Source: an uncultured bacterium (GTDB taxonomy: Bacteria; Eisenbacteria; RBG-16-71-46; JABDJR01). From it: a stretch of DNA of 57,914 nt. The stretch lies in contig CAYRIJ010000001.1 in assembly GCA_964424285.1 (NCBI GenBank), positions 1 through 57,914 on the forward strand, written 5' to 3'. Of this stretch, positions 55,639-57,914 are shown piece after piece. Position numbers and translations under genes: made by a program. Below the pieces are notes generated by a model that saw only the letters and a list, made by a program, of their open reading frames with translations, had not been told where the DNA came from and searched no databases. The first letter of the stretch is position 1, and each line of letters begins with the position of its first letter.

Positions 55639-55883
55639 TCGATTACTGGACAGGGCATTGTCGGGTTCCTGCCCCGGTCGGCGCCCCTTCGGGGCCTCGA
55701 ATTTCCGGGGAATACTCGAACCGATTGAAGTGTAAGGACATTCAAGGGCGCGCCGGAAAACCCGACAACTTGACTTGGGTATCCTGCGTCCGGTGCCCTA
55801 TACTGGGTCCAGACCCGTCCCAGGGGGTCGAACGCCTGCACAATCCATTCGGTGTCCTTTCCCGCTCCCCGAGGAGGATCTCC

Positions 55884-56543
55884 ATGCGCGTCTTTCGTTT
55901 GCTCTTCGCCCTCGGCCTGACCGTCGCCCTGGCCGGCGCGGTCTACGCCGGCTCCAACTGCGACAAGAATTCCGCCTCCGCGTCATCCTGCACCGGCAAG
56001 GCCTCGGTCCAGAAGGCCTCCACCGCCGGCTCCGGTTGTTCGGCCGCCCAGGCCGCGTCCTGCACCGCGGCCAAGGCCGCGACCTGCACCGCCGCCGAAA
56101 AGGCGGCCTGCGCCGGGCAGGGCTCCTGCAGCGCCCACGCCGACCACGCCTCGGCCTGCCCCTTCTGCGCCTTCACCAAGGAACTCGGCGCCAGCGCCGA
56201 CAAGGTCCGGTTCTCCACCGTCGACACCAAGAACGGGGTCATGGTGGTGTTCACCGCCACCGACAAGGACGACGTGGTCATGGCCCAGGCGGTGGCGTCC
56301 AAGGCCTATGCCCTCATGAACGCCCCGGCCCACTGCTCCTACTCGCGGGCCAACATGGAGTCCGAGGCCTGCAACGGCTGCAAGGAGGGCGTCGACGCCT
56401 TCGCCGGCGCCGAGGTGACCATCGAGAACACCACCGACGGCGCCACGGCCGTGGTGGCCACCAAGGACGAGCAGAATATCGAGAAGCTCCAGGCGTTCTT
56501 CAAGAACCTCGAGAGCAAGGAGAAGGAAGCGGCCAAGGGCTGA
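55884..56543 (+). CDS. secreted Cys-rich protein (Ala/Ser/Cys low-complexity N-terminal part plus duplicated small domain)
   Basis: GAGGAGGA SD. Signal peptide ...LAGAVYAG. Ten Cys in aa 25-95, including HADHASACPFC, then CSYSRANMESEACNGC. Two similar units (VRFSTVDTKNGVMVVFTATDKDDV / AEVTIENTTDGATAVVATKDEQNI). Followed by a strong terminator. Confidence 0.7.
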   Translation: MRVFRLLFALGLTVALAGAVYAGSNCDKNSASASSCTGKASVQKASTAGSGCSAAQAASCTAAKAATCTAAEKAACAGQGSCSAHADHASACPFCAFTKELGASADKVRFSTVDTKNGVMVVFTATDKDDVVMAQAVASKAYALMNAPAHCSYSRANMESEACNGCKEGVDAFAGAEVTIENTTDGATAVVATKDEQNIEKLQAFFKNLESKEKEAAKG

Positions 56544-56569
56544 TCCTCTCCCGACCGATGCGGAAACGT

Positions 56570-56602
56570 CCCGGCGCTCCTCAGGGGGCGCCGGGATTTT
56601 TT
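56570..56602 (+). terminator. rho-independent terminator
   Basis: CCCGGCGC-(10-nt loop)-GCGCCGGG followed by ATTTTTT, 27 nt after the stop of the Cys-rich protein gene. Confidence 0.7.
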
Positions 56603-56685
56603 GGGTCCGGCCGGGCGGCCGGGCGGCATATGATTCGACTCCCGCCGGTATCCCGGGCGGTTCCGATCCCATTCCGAGGAGACCG

Positions 56686-57483
56686 ATGAAGGCGTTCCTG
56701 CGTTCGTGGCGGTTCAACGTCCTGCTCTTCGTCCTGACCTGCGCCAGCACCACCCTGGTGGGAGGGCCGGCCTACGCCGCCGTGCTCATGTCCATCCTCT
56801 TCTGTCACGAGATGGGGCACTACCTCCAGGCCCGCCGCTACCGGGTCCCCGCCACCCTCCCGTACTTCATCCCCGTTCCCCTCCCCCCGTTCGGGACCAT
56901 GGGGGCGGTGATCCGGATGAACAACCTGGGGGCGGACCGGAAGGTGCTCTTCGACATCGGGGTGACCGGCCCCCTGGCCGGGCTCCTGATCGCCCTTCCC
57001 GCCACGTTCTGGGGACTGGCCCACTCCCAGGTGGTGGCCGTCGCCGGCCTCACCGGCCCGAACATCCAGCTCGGCGACTCGCTCCTCTTCGCGGCCCTGT
57101 CGCGGCTGGTGGTGGGGCCGCTTCCCCCGGGATACGACGTCCTTCTCCACCCCATCGCCTTCGCGGGCTGGGCGGGCCTCTTCGTGACCGCCCTGAACCT
57201 GCTCCCGATCGGGCAGCTCGACGGCGGCCACGTGCTCTACGCGTTGCTGGGGAAGAAGAGCCACCTGGTGGCCATCGTGGTGGCGCTGGGGTTCGTGGCC
57301 ACCGCGATCTTCGTGAACCCGGCCTGGACGTTGATGGTGGTCCTGGTCTTTCTGATCGGGCTCCGGCACCCTCCCACCGCGAACGACCGCGCGCCCCTCG
57401 GGCGGGCGCGTCTCTGGCTGGGGATCGCGTCGTTGGCGTTCTTCGTGCTCTCGTTCACGCCGGATCCGCTGCGGGTGCGGTGA
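56686..57483 (+). CDS. site-2 protease family (M50) membrane metalloprotease
   Basis: GAGGAGA SD. HEMGH zinc motif in the first TM region. LNLLPIGQLDGGHVLYAL (NxxPxxxLDG) motif. Polytopic. Confidence 0.85.
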   Translation: MKAFLRSWRFNVLLFVLTCASTTLVGGPAYAAVLMSILFCHEMGHYLQARRYRVPATLPYFIPVPLPPFGTMGAVIRMNNLGADRKVLFDIGVTGPLAGLLIALPATFWGLAHSQVVAVAGLTGPNIQLGDSLLFAALSRLVVGPLPPGYDVLLHPIAFAGWAGLFVTALNLLPIGQLDGGHVLYALLGKKSHLVAIVVALGFVATAIFVNPAWTLMVVLVFLIGLRHPPTANDRAPLGRARLWLGIASLAFFVLSFTPDPLRVR

Positions 57484-57513
57484 GGGGGACGAGACTCCCC
57501 CCAACGACGCCGC

Positions 57514-57860
57514 TCACCGGGCAGCCCTACTGAGATGGTCTCTGGGCGCCATGAGGGCGCGGGCGTGGGCCTCAGCAAGGCAACCCACGAGCGCCGGCAT
57601 GGAGATCTTCGTCGTTTGCGTGTACACGACGGTCGATAGCGGGCTGGGGGCACGAGTGCCGAAGACGGTCCCATTGAACGCCTCGCTGTGGGAGTTGTCG
57701 GTGGGCTTACCCGGCCAGCTGAAGTCCCGCCTCGCGCGGTTCTGGTTCGCCCAGGGTCTGCTTGCAGAACGGGTTCACGTGGTGTGTGGGATTGACTCAC
57801 TGCCATCCTCAGTCCTGGACCATATCGATCTTTCCTCATTCATCAAAACGTAACTCCGTT
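57514..57860 (-). pseudogene. decayed 3' fragment of an IS3-family transposase (OrfB/rve C-terminus)
   Basis: Minus-strand translations give ...SRTEDGSES... (compare LRTDNGSEF), then in other frames ...GLQL.., WPGKPTDNSHSEAFNG (compare PGKPTDNAxIESFNG), RLRHSC (compare RLRDEC) and LAEAHARAL. The pieces are interrupted by stops and frameshifts. No N-terminal part and no inverted repeats were identified. Confidence 0.45.
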
Positions 57861-57914
57861 GTTTCATGGATTTTTATCTGAATAGGTTTGTTTAGTTTAA
57901 TTGTTTGATTCTTG

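Noticed and set aside
1-57914. Defence island, prophage or toxin-antitoxin content
   Set aside because: I recognised no restriction-modification, Cas, Abi, retron/RT, nuclease-ATPase pairs, phage structural genes or an intact integrase. The only mobile-element trace is the decayed IS3 fragment at the 3' edge.

Overview
Very GC-rich bacterial chromosomal window (third codon positions are almost always G/C, which produces many long spurious antisense and alternate-frame ORFs in the track). I support about 41 protein genes, mostly on the + strand. They are tightly packed, with several 1-17 nt start/stop overlaps (ATGA, GTGA, TGATG). I found no rRNA, tRNA or CRISPR array. Housekeeping genes: secD, secF, acpS, nnr, sppA, ogt, class II ribonucleotide reductase nrdJ (with an NrdR-box-like operator), an Rrf2 regulator plus cysteine desulfurase, thiD and serB. 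The rest is envelope or secretion oriented. There is a DUF4159-like / giant double-TM coiled-coil / TPR / GATase1-like four-gene module just after secDF. There is a lipoprotein plus PorV/PorQ-like outer-membrane barrel pair. Two large secreted proteases (S8 subtilase, M6 InhA-like) share a ~90-aa FlgD-Ig/T9SS-type C-terminal sorting domain. An ArnC-like GT2 / LAB_N / ArnT-like GT39 cassette is present, plus a second GT39-like-TPR protein. Also present: two histidine kinases, a HEAT-repeat/HD-GYP pair, an orphan AmmeMemoRadiSam-type radical SAM enzyme next to a DUF2400 protein with an EndoIII-like Fe-S loop, and several odd secreted proteins (one Tyr/Trp-rich, one Cys-rich). The most unusual items by eye: SppA carrying an N-terminal PorV/PorQ-like module, seen alongside the T9SS-style cargo domains; the uncharacterised four-gene envelope module at 4.8-12.3 kb; a 670-bp non-coding region with a near-perfect sigma-54 promoter upstream of the M6 protease; and a decayed IS3 transposase fossil followed by an abrupt AT-rich tail at the window end. 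No defence-system, prophage or toxin-antitoxin signature was recognisable. All family assignments come from motif recognition by eye and need HMM or BLAST confirmation.
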